Positions 1 to 11,003 of a stretch of DNA of 64,000 nt are shown piece after piece; positions within the stretch are counted from its first letter, which is position 1; every line of letters starts with the position of its first letter. The position numbers and the translations under genes are program-made. Source of the DNA: Syntrophaceae bacterium (GTDB lineage Bacteria > Desulfobacterota > BSN033 > UBA1163); assembly GCA_013388635.1 (NCBI GenBank), contig JACAEX010000043.1, positions 44,073 to 108,072 of the forward strand, read 5' to 3'. Under the pieces are notes generated by a model, which made no database searches, was not told where the DNA came from, and saw nothing but the letters and a program-made list of their open reading frames with translations.

Positions 1-1
1 T

Positions 2-1852
2 GTCTTCAAAATCGTTGCCATCTCCTTCAGCCTCTTCTTTCTCTATACCACCTTCTTCGGCCTGATCTCCCAAGAATCCCATGTCGGCCTCTACTTCCTC
101 GGCACGTTTGTCCTCAGCTTCATGCTCTACAAGGCAAGAAAGAACTCTCCGGAAAAGCGGATGAGCCTCCTTGACACGCTCTTCGTCCTGGGCATCACGG
201 GTGTGATCGTCTATTACATTGTCGAATTTCCAACGCTGGCCGACCGGATCGGGGGGGGGACAGCGCTTCGGGATGCCCTCTTCGGTTGGTTCCTGATCAT
301 CATGTCGCTCGAATTGGCGAGGAGGACAGTGGGCAATGTCATTCCCACCATCGGCATCCTCCTTCTCATCTATGCCTATTTCGGTCCCTACTTTCCCCTG
401 GGGTTAGGCCATTCAGGTTTTTCGCTCTCCCGGATTGCCGAATACCTCTTTTTGACGAGCGATGGCATTCTGGGTATGATCTGTAACATCTTCGCCTCTT
501 ACATCCTCATCTTCGTAATCTTTGGCTCTTTTATGGAGGTCTCCGGCGCTGGAAAAGTCTTTGTGGACCTGGCCTATGCGATTACGGGAAGGCGCACAGG
601 AGGGCCAGGTCTGGCCTCTGTCATTACCAGCAGCCTGTTTGGAACGATCTCTGGAAGTTCCGTTGCCAACGTCGTGGTGGACGGGGTGTTCACCATTCCC
701 TTAATGAAGCGGCTGGGCTACCCTCCCCATTTTGCTGGAGCGGTGGAGGCAGCGACATCCACCGGAGGCCAGTACATGCCTCCGGTGATGGGAGCGGCGG
801 CCTTTCTTCTCGCCGAGATCTCCGGAACTCCCTATATCGAAGTGATCAAGGTGGCGGCCATCCCTGCCTGTCTCTATTTTGCCTCGGTGGCGGTCATGAT
901 CTACCTCGAGGCGGTCAAGCGCGGGCTGCGAGGGATGCCCGCCTCCGAATTGCCCAAATTCAAGGAACTGAGGAAAGAGATCCATCTCCTGCTCCCCATC
1001 CCTTTTCTGATCGTTCTTCTGGCTTTTGAATTCACTCCCTTCATTGCTGCCTTCTACTCCATCTGCTCGGCTGTCGTGGTGAGCTGGTTCAGGAAAGAGA
1101 CACGGATGGGGCCCAAAAAGATCTTCGATGCCCTAATAGGAGGAGCTCGTGCCTCCCTCTCTGTGGGCGCCACCGTAGGGGTGATAGGGATTGTCATCGG
1201 TACGACCAGCCTCACCGGATTGGCAAACTACTTTCAGCAGTTTGTCATCTTCCTTTCGGGCGGCCACCTGGCCTTGCTCGTCCTTCTGATCATCATCGCC
1301 GGTGTCTTCGTGGGTATGGGGATGCCGACCACACCGTCTTATGTCGTCCTCGTCATCTTAGGGGTTCCAGCTCTGATCAGGATAGGGGTATCGACGCTCA
1401 CCGCTCACCTCCTGGTCTTCTGGGTCGCTGTGGCCTCCAATGTCACTCCTCCTGTGGCTCTGTCAGCATGGGCGGCTGCTGCCATCGCCAAATCCGATCC
1501 CTGGAAAACGGGCTGGGCAGCGACCAAGTTGGCTTCGTGGATCTATCTGATGCCGTTCCTCTTCGTCTATACCTCCATCCTGAAGGTGGGATGGAATTTC
1601 AGCTTCTTCCTCACGGTCTTCGATTGCATCATCGCCCTGATGGCCTGGGGAGCAGCGGTGGAGGGATACCTCTTCAAAGAGACCACCCTGGTTGAAAGAA
1701 TATGCCTTTTCGTCGCTGCATTAAGCCTTCTTCATGAAGGACTTCTCACCGATATGATCGGCGTATTACTCTTTGCCATCATCATCATTATCCAGCAGGT
1801 TTCCTTGGTGAGGGCCAAAAAATTGGCCTCGCATACAGATCCAAAATCTTAG
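2..1852 (+). CDS. TRAP transporter fused permease (4TM/12TM, TAXI-type), 5'-truncated by window edge
   Basis: Frame is open from position 2. Highly hydrophobic, with motifs FGTISGSSVAN, GGQYMPPVMGAAAF, GMGMPTT and TPPVAL; adjacent to a TAXI binding protein. Confidence 0.9.
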   Translation, partial: VFKIVAISFSLFFLYTTFFGLISQESHVGLYFLGTFVLSFMLYKARKNSPEKRMSLLDTLFVLGITGVIVYYIVEFPTLADRIGGGTALRDALFGWFLIIMSLELARRTVGNVIPTIGILLLIYAYFGPYFPLGLGHSGFSLSRIAEYLFLTSDGILGMICNIFASYILIFVIFGSFMEVSGAGKVFVDLAYAITGRRTGGPGLASVITSSLFGTISGSSVANVVVDGVFTIPLMKRLGYPPHFAGAVEAATSTGGQYMPPVMGAAAFLLAEISGTPYIEVIKVAAIPACLYFASVAVMIYLEAVKRGLRGMPASELPKFKELRKEIHLLLPIPFLIVLLAFEFTPFIAAFYSICSAVVVSWFRKETRMGPKKIFDALIGGARASLSVGATVGVIGIVIGTTSLTGLANYFQQFVIFLSGGHLALLVLLIIIAGVFVGMGMPTTPSYVVLVILGVPALIRIGVSTLTAHLLVFWVAVASNVTPPVALSAWAAAAIAKSDPWKTGWAATKLASWIYLMPFLFVYTSILKVGWNFSFFLTVFDCIIALMAWGAAVEGYLFKETTLVERICLFVAALSLLHEGLLTDMIGVLLFAIIIIIQQVSLVRAKKLASHTDPKS

Positions 1853-1893
1853 CCTTGGATCGATGGAAACGATAATAAAGAAAGGAGGAGGTT

Positions 1894-2898
1894 ATGAAAG
1901 CAAGGATTTTTCTTCTGACTCTCGTCGGGCTCTTTCTGGTGAGTTTCATCATGGGAGAAACTGCTTCCGCTCAGGTCAAGAACTATGTCTTTGGAAGTGG
2001 CCCTATGGGAGGTCCCTGGCGGATCGGGGTCGGTGCAGGTGTACAGATCTTGAATGAACAGCTGAAGGATAAGTACTCTTTCACCGCTGCTGCCTCAGGA
2101 GGTTCCGTTGAGAATGTCAGGCGAATGATCAATGGTGAATACCATACCATCTGGGCTCACATCAACAACATGGACGATGCCTGGAACGGCGCGGGCCTGT
2201 TCGAGGGACAGAAGCCCTTTAAAGAGATGAGGGTGTTGGAGTACCTGACTGATCAGGCGATCAATGTGACCACCTTGGCGAAGTCACCGATCAGGAACTT
2301 TTCGGATTTAGCAGGAAAGAAGGTGAACATCGGCCCTGCTGGAAGCGGAGGTGTTCCGATCGCGAAGGCGATCTTTAAGGCCCTCGGCATAACCGACAAG
2401 GTCAAGATCGTCAACATAGGCTTTCAGGCCGGTGCCCAGGCCCTTAAAGACGGGCAGATCGATGTCTCCATGATTCCGGGTGGTCCCTATATCTCTCCGG
2501 CGATTGCGGAGATCTCCCACTCCGTAACGCTTCGAATCGTTGAACCGACCTTAGAAGAGGCAAAAAAGGTTGAGTCAGAGATCTCGTACCTCTATCTGGG
2601 AACCATCCCGGCGAACAAATCGGTGGGCGAGAATGCGGATAAGGAGAAAAGGGCCCTCTTCTGGAGTATGTATTGGGTGGCTCTGGCGAGCATGCCGGGT
2701 GACGTCGTTTATGATATGTTAAAGGTTACACAGGATCCCAAGAACAAGGAGGTGCTCGGCAAGGTTCTCAATTATTGGCTGACAGCCGGACCTAAATTTG
2801 ATACTCTTGTTAAAATGGGCATCCCTCTTCATCCAGGTGCAATAAGGTTCTGGAAGGAGCAGGGAGTGAAGATCCCTCCTGAGGTGGTGCCGAAATAG
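1894..2898 (+). CDS. TAXI-family TRAP solute-binding protein
   Basis: Signal peptide, GGSVEN, DLAGKKVNIGPAGSG, IPLHPGA; RBS AGGAGG upstream. Confidence 0.9.
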   Translation: MKARIFLLTLVGLFLVSFIMGETASAQVKNYVFGSGPMGGPWRIGVGAGVQILNEQLKDKYSFTAAASGGSVENVRRMINGEYHTIWAHINNMDDAWNGAGLFEGQKPFKEMRVLEYLTDQAINVTTLAKSPIRNFSDLAGKKVNIGPAGSGGVPIAKAIFKALGITDKVKIVNIGFQAGAQALKDGQIDVSMIPGGPYISPAIAEISHSVTLRIVEPTLEEAKKVESEISYLYLGTIPANKSVGENADKEKRALFWSMYWVALASMPGDVVYDMLKVTQDPKNKEVLGKVLNYWLTAGPKFDTLVKMGIPLHPGAIRFWKEQGVKIPPEVVPK

Positions 2899-2950
2899 CT
2901 TTTCGGGCAATCTTTCATGATGGAGCGTTCACGCACAAAGGAGAGTTTCC

Positions 2951-3301
2951 ATGGGCAGTTTCGTGGTCAGAGAGGAGGAGAGGGATTATCTTCCGGTGGA
3001 GTGGGGGAGGACGAAGAACCTCTTCGGTTCGGAAAATGTCGGCGCCAGATACCTGAAAATCAATATCACAGAGTATGCGCCTGGAACAGAACATAAGCTC
3101 CACAGGCATCCGGGCCAGGAAGAGGTGATCTATGTCCTTGAGGGAGAGGGGATCACCCGGACCGATGCAGGCGATCAACCGATCCGCGCGGGGTCGTTCG
3201 TCTTCGTCCCTGCGGATACGGATCACGCCACGCTCAATGTCCTGAAGAATAGGCCGATGAAGGCGATCATCATCAAGGCTCCTCCCTCTGAGGCCAGATA
3301 A
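2951..3301 (+). CDS. Cupin domain protein
   Basis: HRHPGQEEVIYVLEGEG ... VPADTDH cupin metal-binding motifs. Confidence 0.85.
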   Translation: MGSFVVREEERDYLPVEWGRTKNLFGSENVGARYLKINITEYAPGTEHKLHRHPGQEEVIYVLEGEGITRTDAGDQPIRAGSFVFVPADTDHATLNVLKNRPMKAIIIKAPPSEAR

Positions 3302-3472
3302 GGTGAACGAGGATTGCGGGAAACTGTGTTGGAATGATCATAAGGGGTGGATCTCGCTGGGAGAGACAGTCAGGCTCCTCAGCTTTAGGACGCGGTCGTT
3401 TAGAGCTATGGGTCATCATCCTTCTTAGAAATGTGATTCCTGTCATGGGCTTGGGACCCGGAGGTGGAAAAG

Positions 3473-3862
3473 ATGAAACGCTATGTGGTTAATGAGTCAG
3501 AAGGTGTCAGAGGCAAACTTCCCGTACCGGGAGGAGGGGGAACGTTCAACATCCTGATCGACGAGGAGATTTCAGGGGCCAAACACTTCTCCCTTCTCGT
3601 CAACGAGATGGCTCCCGGGTATAAGGGAAAAGAACATTCCCATGAGGTGGAACACTGCTGGTATATCTTGAAGGGTACAGGGGTTATCCGGATGGCGGGC
3701 AAGACGTATCCCATCAAACCAGGCGATGCGGTCTTCGCTCCGATCGGGATGCTCCATTCGGTTGAATGCACAGGGGATGAACCCCTCCGGTATGTGGTCG
3801 TCTATGCACCTCCAGGTCCGGAGAAGGAGTTGAGGGGACAGACCGGTTTCGCAAAGACCTGA
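3473..3862 (+). CDS. Cupin domain protein
   Basis: HSHEVEHCWYILKGTG ... APIGMLHSV; ATG 3473 chosen for the GGAGG RBS (alternative GTG 3464). Confidence 0.85.
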   Translation: MKRYVVNESEGVRGKLPVPGGGGTFNILIDEEISGAKHFSLLVNEMAPGYKGKEHSHEVEHCWYILKGTGVIRMAGKTYPIKPGDAVFAPIGMLHSVECTGDEPLRYVVVYAPPGPEKELRGQTGFAKT

Positions 3863-3978
3863 GCCGATCTCCCCTCCTGACCGTGCATAATGGTTCAGAA
3901 GCAGATTGGACAGATAATCTATAAAGTTTTACAATTGCCAATCGTTACGAGAGGAGACCCGAAGATCGAGCGACGAAG

Positions 3979-4356
3979 ATGAAATATTTCTACGACAGAT
4001 TCGAAACGCATTCCTGGCAATATATCAAAGAGACTCACAGCGATTCCGTCAAAACGGAGATCATTGTGGACATCCCTCCAGCCACAGAGTTTCGGGTCCA
4101 CATCACGCGTTTCCAGCCCGGCGCAGGAGCCGATCCCCATACCCATGAATGGGAGCATGCCATGTACATCATGCAGGGGATCGGCAAAGTCACCATTGAA
4201 GGGGAGGAGGCGATCGTCAAACCCGGAATGCTGGCCTTCGTTCCAAAGGACGGCGTCCATTCTATTTACAACATTGGAGAGGAGGAACTGGTCGTCTGGG
4301 GGGTGAGCGGTCCTCCGAAGACAGAGGCTGGCTATGCTCAATTGAAAAGGAGGTGA
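3979..4356 (+). CDS. Cupin domain protein
   Basis: HTHEWEHAMYIMQGIG ... VPKDGVHSI. Confidence 0.85.
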   Translation: MKYFYDRFETHSWQYIKETHSDSVKTEIIVDIPPATEFRVHITRFQPGAGADPHTHEWEHAMYIMQGIGKVTIEGEEAIVKPGMLAFVPKDGVHSIYNIGEEELVVWGVSGPPKTEAGYAQLKRR

Positions 4357-4372
4357 TCGGTCTCAGGGCTCG

Positions 4373-4822
4373 ATGAACAAACAAGGTGCTTCAAGTCTCA
4401 TCTTCTTATTCGCAGGGATCTACGGAGTCGTCTTCAGCCTTCAGCTTCCCTTTGGTTACCTGAGAGAGCCTGGCCCTGGGATGCTTCCTCTCTTCCTCTC
4501 GATCCTGCTGCTTCTCTCAGGGGCTCTGGGGTTGATCCATTCAATGAGTAAGGGAGGGAAGGGGATTGACTGGCATGGGATGGTCAAAAAGGTGATCACC
4601 CCTTTGGAGATCGTAGGGGTTACCGCCGGATTCATTCTCGCCCTGGAAAGTCTGGGATACCTGATCACCTCATCCCTTTACACTTTTCTCCTCTTCTTCT
4701 GGATATGCCGCTACCGGCTGGTTGTGTCGATCGGCCTCTCCACCTCCTTTGGGGTTGGGAGCTGGCTCTTTTTCGACAAACTTCTTTCTGTCCCGTTACC
4801 CAGTGGAATCGTCCCTCTGTGA
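4373..4822 (+). CDS. tctB: Tripartite tricarboxylate transporter small subunit TctB
   Basis: About 4 TM segments, PGPG motif, C-terminal VPLPSG; upstream of tctA. Confidence 0.85.
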   Translation: MNKQGASSLIFLFAGIYGVVFSLQLPFGYLREPGPGMLPLFLSILLLLSGALGLIHSMSKGGKGIDWHGMVKKVITPLEIVGVTAGFILALESLGYLITSSLYTFLLFFWICRYRLVVSIGLSTSFGVGSWLFFDKLLSVPLPSGIVPL

Positions 4823-4843
4823 GATGTAACTGAAGGAATTCAA

Positions 4844-6355
4844 ATGGACGTTTTGAACAATTTGCTCAATGGATTTCATACCGCCCTGAGCCTGAAGAAT
4901 ATCTACCTCTGTTTTATCGGGTGCGTGTGGGGGACCATGGTCGGCGTCCTTCCCGGCATTGGGCCTCTGGCTGGCATCACGCTCCTCATCCCGGCTACGT
5001 TTGGCCTCGATCCAACTGGTGCCATCATCATGCTTGCCGGGATCTACTACGGTGCCATGTACGGCGGCTCCACCACCTCCATCCTGATGAACATCCCTGG
5101 AGAATCGGCCTCTGTGGTCACCTGTATCGATGGATATCAGATGACCCTCAAAGGCCGGGGAGGAGCTGCCCTCTTCATCAGTGCATGGGGCTCCTGGGTC
5201 GGAGGGACGTTGAGCATCATGGGGCTCATGCTATTGGCTCCCTCCCTGGCAAATTTCGCAACGAAATTCGGTCCTCCGGAGATGTTCTCGATTCTCCTGA
5301 TCGCCTTTATTCTTCTTGGCTCGCTGGGAACCGGCTCCTTTTTCAAGACCATGCCCATGGTTCTGCTTGGACTGCTCGTCAGCACGGTCGGTATGGACCC
5401 CTTGACCGGCGCATTCCGGTTTACACACGGTGTGATCAAACTCTTCGACGGCATTGGCTTGATTCCCGTGGCCATGGGAGCCTTAGGCATTGGAGAGATC
5501 CTGAAGACCACAGAGGAAAGTCTCGTCCGCGTGATACACAAGATAAGACTTCGCGAGTTACTGCCGACCCGTGAGGAACTCCGTGCCTCCTGGGGCCCGA
5601 TCTTCCGGGGATCGGGCATCGGTTTTGTCATCGGCCTTCTGCCGGGTTCTGCCCACGTCCTCTCAAGCTTCATCAGTTACATCGTAGAGAAGAAAGCCGC
5701 GAAAAGGCCGGAGCAATTCGGAACAGGCCGCATCGAAGGCGTGGCTGGCCCGGAGACGGCCAACAATGCCGCCTCCGGAAGTGCGATGATCCCCTTCTTG
5801 GGTTTAGGAATTCCGACAGGCCCTGCTCCGGCCGTGATGATGGTCGCCCTGATGATCCACGGCATTCGACCGGGCCCCCTCTTCATCTCCGAGCAACCAA
5901 AGATCTTCTGGGGCTTGGTCGCAAGCATGTATGTCGGAAATATCATCCTGATCATCTTGAACCTGCCCCTGGTCAGCCTCTTCGTCAGCCTACTCAGGGT
6001 CCCTTTCCGAATCCTTTTCCCCCTGATCCTGTTGATCTGTCTGGTCGGCACCTACTCGATCAATTCGAGCACGTTTGAACTCATCATCCTTCTCATCTTC
6101 GGAGTCTTCGGCTACGTTTTCCGAAAGCTGGACTATGATATCGCCCCTTTCCTCCTCGCCCTGATCATAGGGCCGATGATCGAGATGGCCTTCCGGCAGT
6201 CGCTGATGCGCAGTGGAGGATCTTTCTCCATCTTCTGGGAAAGCCCTATCTCCATGATCCTCCTTGTTCTGTCTGGCCTCCTATTCTTCTGGAACATCTA
6301 CAGGGCGTTAAGACCGAGAAAGGCATCGTGCGAGAGGGCACTGAAAGGAAGTTAA
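4844..6355 (+). CDS. tctA: Tripartite tricarboxylate transporter permease TctA
   Basis: GVLPGIG, YYGAMYGGS, NIPG, GPETANNA, LGIP motifs. Confidence 0.93.
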   Translation: MDVLNNLLNGFHTALSLKNIYLCFIGCVWGTMVGVLPGIGPLAGITLLIPATFGLDPTGAIIMLAGIYYGAMYGGSTTSILMNIPGESASVVTCIDGYQMTLKGRGGAALFISAWGSWVGGTLSIMGLMLLAPSLANFATKFGPPEMFSILLIAFILLGSLGTGSFFKTMPMVLLGLLVSTVGMDPLTGAFRFTHGVIKLFDGIGLIPVAMGALGIGEILKTTEESLVRVIHKIRLRELLPTREELRASWGPIFRGSGIGFVIGLLPGSAHVLSSFISYIVEKKAAKRPEQFGTGRIEGVAGPETANNAASGSAMIPFLGLGIPTGPAPAVMMVALMIHGIRPGPLFISEQPKIFWGLVASMYVGNIILIILNLPLVSLFVSLLRVPFRILFPLILLICLVGTYSINSSTFELIILLIFGVFGYVFRKLDYDIAPFLLALIIGPMIEMAFRQSLMRSGGSFSIFWESPISMILLVLSGLLFFWNIYRALRPRKASCERALKGS

Positions 6356-6464
6356 CAAAGGGAGGTGATGCCCTGATGCAATGACCCAATTCCAGACAGA
6401 TTCCAATGGCTCAATCACCACTTTTGGAGATCGACGTATCATTATGACCGAGGAGGTACATCTT

Positions 6465-7451
6465 ATGAAAAAAATGATTCGTTTAATTGGTATGATTGGA
6501 GTGGCGGCCTTGATCATGACACACGTCTCTGTCGGAGCGGTTGACTACCCGACCAAACCGATCACGCTCATCAACCCCATGCCCCCTGGAGGAACGCTCG
6601 ACGTTCAGGCACGCGCCTATGCCTCTGTAGCTGAAAAGTACCTTGGACAGCCTGTTATCGTTGTCAATAAACCAGGCGCCACTGGAATGGTGGGAGGTTT
6701 GGCAGGTGCTCAGGCCCCTCCGGACGGATACACCCTGACCGTGGGATCGGTCAATTTCACGAACGCGATTGAATGGGAGATCGCCAATGGCCGTAAGCCT
6801 CCATTCACCCGGCATGATTTCATTGCGATCGGATCTTTCACCATGAGCCCCACGCTCCTCATCGTCCCCTTTGACAGCCTCTACAAGACATTGGCCGACT
6901 TTGTAAAAGATGCCAAATCGAAGCCGGGTCAGCTGGTCTTCTGCTCGGGCGGGCTCTACGGCATGAGCCATCTGCCCATCGAGATCTTTGCAAAAGCGGC
7001 TGGATTGAAGTTTCGTCATGTCCCCTATCAGGGAGGAGGTCCCTGCCTTACTGCGGTTGTGGGAAAGCATGTCGATTTCGCCATGCAGTACCCACCCACC
7101 TCCCTTCCCCTCGCTCGAGGAAACAAACTGAGGGTCCTGGCAGTCGTCGGGGCTAAGAGGCTCAAATCGATCCCCGACATCCCGACGGTGAAGGAACTGG
7201 GCATCGACGCTGAATACTACGGATGGGTGGGGATCATGGCGCCCAAAAATACTCCCATGCCGATCGTCCAGAAGCTGAGAGACATAACCAAGAAAGTGGC
7301 TGAGGATAAATCCTTCATCGATATGATCGAGAAGCCAGGCGATGAGGTCTACTTCTTAAACGGCGATGAGCTGGCCAAGTGGATGGAGAAGGAATCTCGG
7401 ATCATCGCCGCGATCGATGCAGAGCTTGCAAAGGAGGCACCAAAAAAGTAG
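6465..7451 (+). CDS. tctC: TTT substrate-binding protein TctC (Bug family)
   Basis: YPTKPITLI, PGGTLD, VNKPGATG, PPDGYTL, HVPYQGGG; ATG 6465 follows GAGGAGG. Confidence 0.92.
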   Translation: MKKMIRLIGMIGVAALIMTHVSVGAVDYPTKPITLINPMPPGGTLDVQARAYASVAEKYLGQPVIVVNKPGATGMVGGLAGAQAPPDGYTLTVGSVNFTNAIEWEIANGRKPPFTRHDFIAIGSFTMSPTLLIVPFDSLYKTLADFVKDAKSKPGQLVFCSGGLYGMSHLPIEIFAKAAGLKFRHVPYQGGGPCLTAVVGKHVDFAMQYPPTSLPLARGNKLRVLAVVGAKRLKSIPDIPTVKELGIDAEYYGWVGIMAPKNTPMPIVQKLRDITKKVAEDKSFIDMIEKPGDEVYFLNGDELAKWMEKESRIIAAIDAELAKEAPKK

Positions 7452-7463
7452 CAGGAGGATGAA

Positions 7464-8345
7464 ATGCTGAGATTTGAGAAACGGGTTCGAAACCTGCTGG
7501 AGGGCGCAATCGATGCCCATATCCACTCTTCTCCTGACATCTTTCCCCGGATCATGAACGACATCGACCTGGCCCTCATGGCAAAGCAGGAGGGCATGCG
7601 CGCCATTCTGATCAAGAGCCATGTGGTGAGCACAGCAGACCGGGCGGAGATCGCAAGCCAACAGACAGGCTTTCCGGTATTCGGCGGCATTGCCTTAAAT
7701 CTACCTGTTGGCGGTTTGAATCTCGAAGCCGTGGAGGTCGCTCTCAAGATGGGAGCGAAAGAGGTCTGGATGCCGACGATTCACGCAAGCCATTACATAG
7801 CCCAGAAGGACCATGTCCCCACCCTTGCCAAAGAGGTCAAACCCGACATCAAAGGGATCTACCTCCTGAACGAGGATGGGAGTCTGAAAGACGAGCTCTA
7901 TCCCATCTTTAAAAAGATTGCAGAATATGACGTGGCCCTTGGCACAGGCCATGTCACTCCTAAGGAGACGAAGGTCGTGGTCAGAGAGGCCGCCAGGGTT
8001 GGCGTGAAGAAGATCATCGTCACCCATCCCCTGGCGACCTTCGTCAATTTTTCGAATGAGGAGATGAAAGAGGTGCTCGATCATGGAGCCATGTTCCTGG
8101 AACATGTCTTCAACGATGTGACCCGCCAGGTGGCCCATCCGATCACCCAGAGGATGATTGCCGATGCCATCCGGGCGATCGGCGCAAGGCACATCATCAT
8201 GTCGACCGACTCAGGACAGTGGCTCAACCCGATCCCTGTCCAGTCGATGGGAATCTACATCAAGGATATGTTGGATCTGGGAATTCCAGAAAATGACATC
8301 CGGACGATGGTCTCCACCAACCCAGCCCGGATGTTAGGTTTGTAG
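7464..8345 (+). CDS. Amidohydrolase/PHP-like TIM-barrel metalloprotein (DUF6282-like)
   Basis: IDAHIHSSPD, LIKSH, TGH, THP and STDSGQ candidate metal ligands. Confidence 0.7.
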   Translation: MLRFEKRVRNLLEGAIDAHIHSSPDIFPRIMNDIDLALMAKQEGMRAILIKSHVVSTADRAEIASQQTGFPVFGGIALNLPVGGLNLEAVEVALKMGAKEVWMPTIHASHYIAQKDHVPTLAKEVKPDIKGIYLLNEDGSLKDELYPIFKKIAEYDVALGTGHVTPKETKVVVREAARVGVKKIIVTHPLATFVNFSNEEMKEVLDHGAMFLEHVFNDVTRQVAHPITQRMIADAIRAIGARHIIMSTDSGQWLNPIPVQSMGIYIKDMLDLGIPENDIRTMVSTNPARMLGL

Positions 8346-8362
8346 AGCATGGAGGTCACGGC

Positions 8363-9262
8363 ATGAAGCCGAAGCTTGGATTTATCGGCCTTGGAACGAT
8401 GGGAAAATGGATGGCGATCAACCTGTGCAGGGCAGGATTCCCTCTGACCGTCTATGACATCAGGCCCGAACCTATCAGAGAGCTCGCTGAGAACGGAGCC
8501 TCACCGGCTGAAAACCCGGCTGAGGTGGCCAGGAGATCAGAAATCGTGATGATGAGCCTGCCTGACACCCGGGTTGTCGAAACAGTCCTCTTCGCTGAGA
8601 AGGGACTGATCCATGGTCTATCCTCCGGCGCGATCGTCGTGGACCTCAGCACCATTCACTATCTGGCCACTCTGAGGATCGAAGAGAGGCTGAGGCAGAT
8701 CAGGGTGATCTTCATCGATGCGCCTGTCTCCGGAATGGAGGCCCGGGCGAAGGATGGGACGCTCACCGTGATGGTCGGAGGCGACCCTGAAGCTGCGGAG
8801 AAGATCCGTCCCATCCTCGATGCCATTGGAAACAACATCGTCTACATGGGCAAAACCGGGAACGGCCAGCTGACGAAACTGATCAACCAGCTTCTCTTCA
8901 ATATCAGCGCTGCGGCCATGGCAGAGATCCTGCCCATGGCGGTCAAATTGGGATTGGATCCGGAAAGTGTCTGCCGCGTGGTGACGACCGGAACTGGTCG
9001 GACCTTCGCACTCGAATTCTTCACCCCCCATATTCTCGAAAACAACTTCAAACCTGGATATACCCTCTCAGGAGCCTACAAAGATATGGAGAGCGCGGCC
9101 GAGATCAGCAGCCAGATGAAGATCCCGCTCCCTGTCTTTGCCGCAGCGATGCAGACCTATCAGATGGCCCTGGTCCAGGGCCTTGGGAATGAGAACAAGG
9201 GGGCCATGATCAAGGTGTGGGAAAAGCTCCTCGGCGTTGAGGTGAGAAAGAAGAGGTCCTGA
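8363..9262 (+). CDS. Beta-hydroxyacid dehydrogenase (3-hydroxyisobutyrate dehydrogenase / tartronate semialdehyde reductase family)
   Basis: GFIGLGTMG Rossmann motif, DAPVSG, catalytic Lys in GQLTKLINQ. Confidence 0.9.
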   Translation: MKPKLGFIGLGTMGKWMAINLCRAGFPLTVYDIRPEPIRELAENGASPAENPAEVARRSEIVMMSLPDTRVVETVLFAEKGLIHGLSSGAIVVDLSTIHYLATLRIEERLRQIRVIFIDAPVSGMEARAKDGTLTVMVGGDPEAAEKIRPILDAIGNNIVYMGKTGNGQLTKLINQLLFNISAAAMAEILPMAVKLGLDPESVCRVVTTGTGRTFALEFFTPHILENNFKPGYTLSGAYKDMESAAEISSQMKIPLPVFAAAMQTYQMALVQGLGNENKGAMIKVWEKLLGVEVRKKRS

Positions 9263-9263
9263 G

Positions 9264-10916
9264 GTGGAAAAACTTCGCGGAAGGCCAGAGGAGATCACAG
9301 AGGCCTACTATCGGGGCTTGATGCACTCGGTCGGGTACCGGAGCAAGGATCTGGATCGGCCCCTGATCGCGGTGGTCAACTCCTGGACCGATGTCAATCC
9401 CGGCCACCTTCCCTTTAAGTTCCTCGCCGAAAAGGTCAAGGAAGGGATCTGGGCTGCGGGCGGAGCACCCGGCGAATTCAATGTCCCTGCCCCATGCGAT
9501 GGGATAGCTCAAGGCCTCGGCATGTTCTACATCCTTCCCCAGCGCGACCTCATCGCAAGCAGCATCGAAGCCATGGTCAAGGCCCATGGTTTTCAGGGGA
9601 TGGTGATGCTCGCTTCATGCGACAAGATCATCCCTGGCATGGTGATGGCAGCCATCCGGTGTGACCTGCCTACCCTCTTTCTTACAGCAGGAGCCATGCT
9701 GCCCTACCGCCTCGGGGAGAAGGAGGTGGTGACGTCCGATTTAAAAGAGGCCATTGGAAGGCGCCGCTCCGGAGAGATCGATGATACGACCTTCATGACG
9801 TGGCAGGAAAATGTCTGTTTCTCTCCAGGGACCTGCTCCATGATGGGGACGGCAAACACCATGGGCTCCTTTCTGGAAGCCCTTGGAGTGGCTCCCTTCG
9901 GCAGCACGACCATGCTCGCTTTCGAATCGGCAAAGATGAGGCAGGCAAGGGATGTGGGCGAAAGGATCGTCGACCTGGTCAGGCAAGGAGATAGGTTCTC
10001 AAAATTCTTTACCCTTTCAAGCCTCCAGAACGGCATCCGTCTGATCTCAGCCACAGGAGGCTCTACCAATGCCACCCTCCATATCCCAGCCTTTGCAAAG
10101 ATTGCAGGGATCCCCTTCGACCTGAGGAAATTCGGGAAGATCGCAGAGAGCGTTCCCCTGATCGCCAAATTCAAGCCCGCATCGGCCTACCACCTCTCCG
10201 ATTATCATCGCGTCGGTGGAGTGGCAGCTGCGATGAAGGCCATCCAGAAATATCTTGACGTCTCTGTGCCAGTGGCCTTCGGAGGGACCCTGGAGGATAT
10301 TCTGAAAGGCGTCGATGGCCCGGATGGTACCATCCTTCGTATGCCTGAGGACCCTCTGGAGGAAGAGGGCTGTTTCGCCATCCTTTATGGAAACTTAGCA
10401 CCGAGGGGCGCAGTGGTGAAGAAGAGCGGTGTGGAACCCTCCATGCGAAAACATACCGGGCCAGCAGTGGTCTTCGACTCCGAGGAGGATGTCCGGAACT
10501 TCCTCCTCGAAAGAAGGATTGAACCCGGATCTGTATTGGTCGTCCGATATGAAGGTCCCAAGGGAGGGCCTGGAATGCGCGAGATGTCAATACCCGCGGG
10601 CATGCTGGTCGGAATGGGGCTCCACCATTCCGTAGCCATGGTCACCGACGGCCGATACTCTGGAGCGACGCGAGGCCCCTGCGTTGGACACGTCTGTCCG
10701 GAGGCATGGGAGGATGGTCCGATCTCTCTGCTTGAGGATGGAGACCTGATTGAGATCGATATCCCCGGCCGTCGCCTGGACGTCAAGCTCCCTCAGGAGG
10801 AGATTGAAAGACGCTCGGCCCGGAAACGGGAGAAGCCGAATCACCCGGCGCCTGGAATGCTCCAGGCTTATAGAGAGAGGGTGGGAGGAGCAGACGAGGG
10901 AGCAATCTGGCTGTAG
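9264..10916 (+). CDS. IlvD/Edd-family Fe-S dehydratase
   Basis: [45 protein letters not shown]. Confidence 0.92.
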   Translation: MEKLRGRPEEITEAYYRGLMHSVGYRSKDLDRPLIAVVNSWTDVNPGHLPFKFLAEKVKEGIWAAGGAPGEFNVPAPCDGIAQGLGMFYILPQRDLIASSIEAMVKAHGFQGMVMLASCDKIIPGMVMAAIRCDLPTLFLTAGAMLPYRLGEKEVVTSDLKEAIGRRRSGEIDDTTFMTWQENVCFSPGTCSMMGTANTMGSFLEALGVAPFGSTTMLAFESAKMRQARDVGERIVDLVRQGDRFSKFFTLSSLQNGIRLISATGGSTNATLHIPAFAKIAGIPFDLRKFGKIAESVPLIAKFKPASAYHLSDYHRVGGVAAAMKAIQKYLDVSVPVAFGGTLEDILKGVDGPDGTILRMPEDPLEEEGCFAILYGNLAPRGAVVKKSGVEPSMRKHTGPAVVFDSEEDVRNFLLERRIEPGSVLVVRYEGPKGGPGMREMSIPAGMLVGMGLHHSVAMVTDGRYSGATRGPCVGHVCPEAWEDGPISLLEDGDLIEIDIPGRRLDVKLPQEEIERRSARKREKPNHPAPGMLQAYRERVGGADEGAIWL

Positions 10917-10921
10917 TGAAG

Positions 10922-10951
10922 GGTCAGGCTCAGGTTGAGGTTAAGGTGGAG
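10922..10951. repeat. 6-bp periodic tract (GGTCAG GCTCAG GTTGAG GTTAAG GTGGAG)
   Basis: Five degenerate hexamers directly after the dehydratase stop codon. Confidence 0.6.
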
Positions 10952-11003
10952 GGTTTTATCAGAATGACAACTTGAGAGTAATTCGGACAAAAGCGGAGAC
11001 TTT

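Noticed and set aside
3302-3463. Possible riboswitch or ncRNA in the 160-bp gap between cupins (also 55425-55638 and 62993-63134)
   Set aside because: No recognisable aptamer motif, tRNA cloverleaf or strong stem found by eye; an Rfam scan would be needed to exclude one.
9264-10916. Housekeeping ilvD assignment for either dehydratase
   Set aside because: Catabolic and transporter context with no ilv/leu neighbours, so the gene symbol was withheld.
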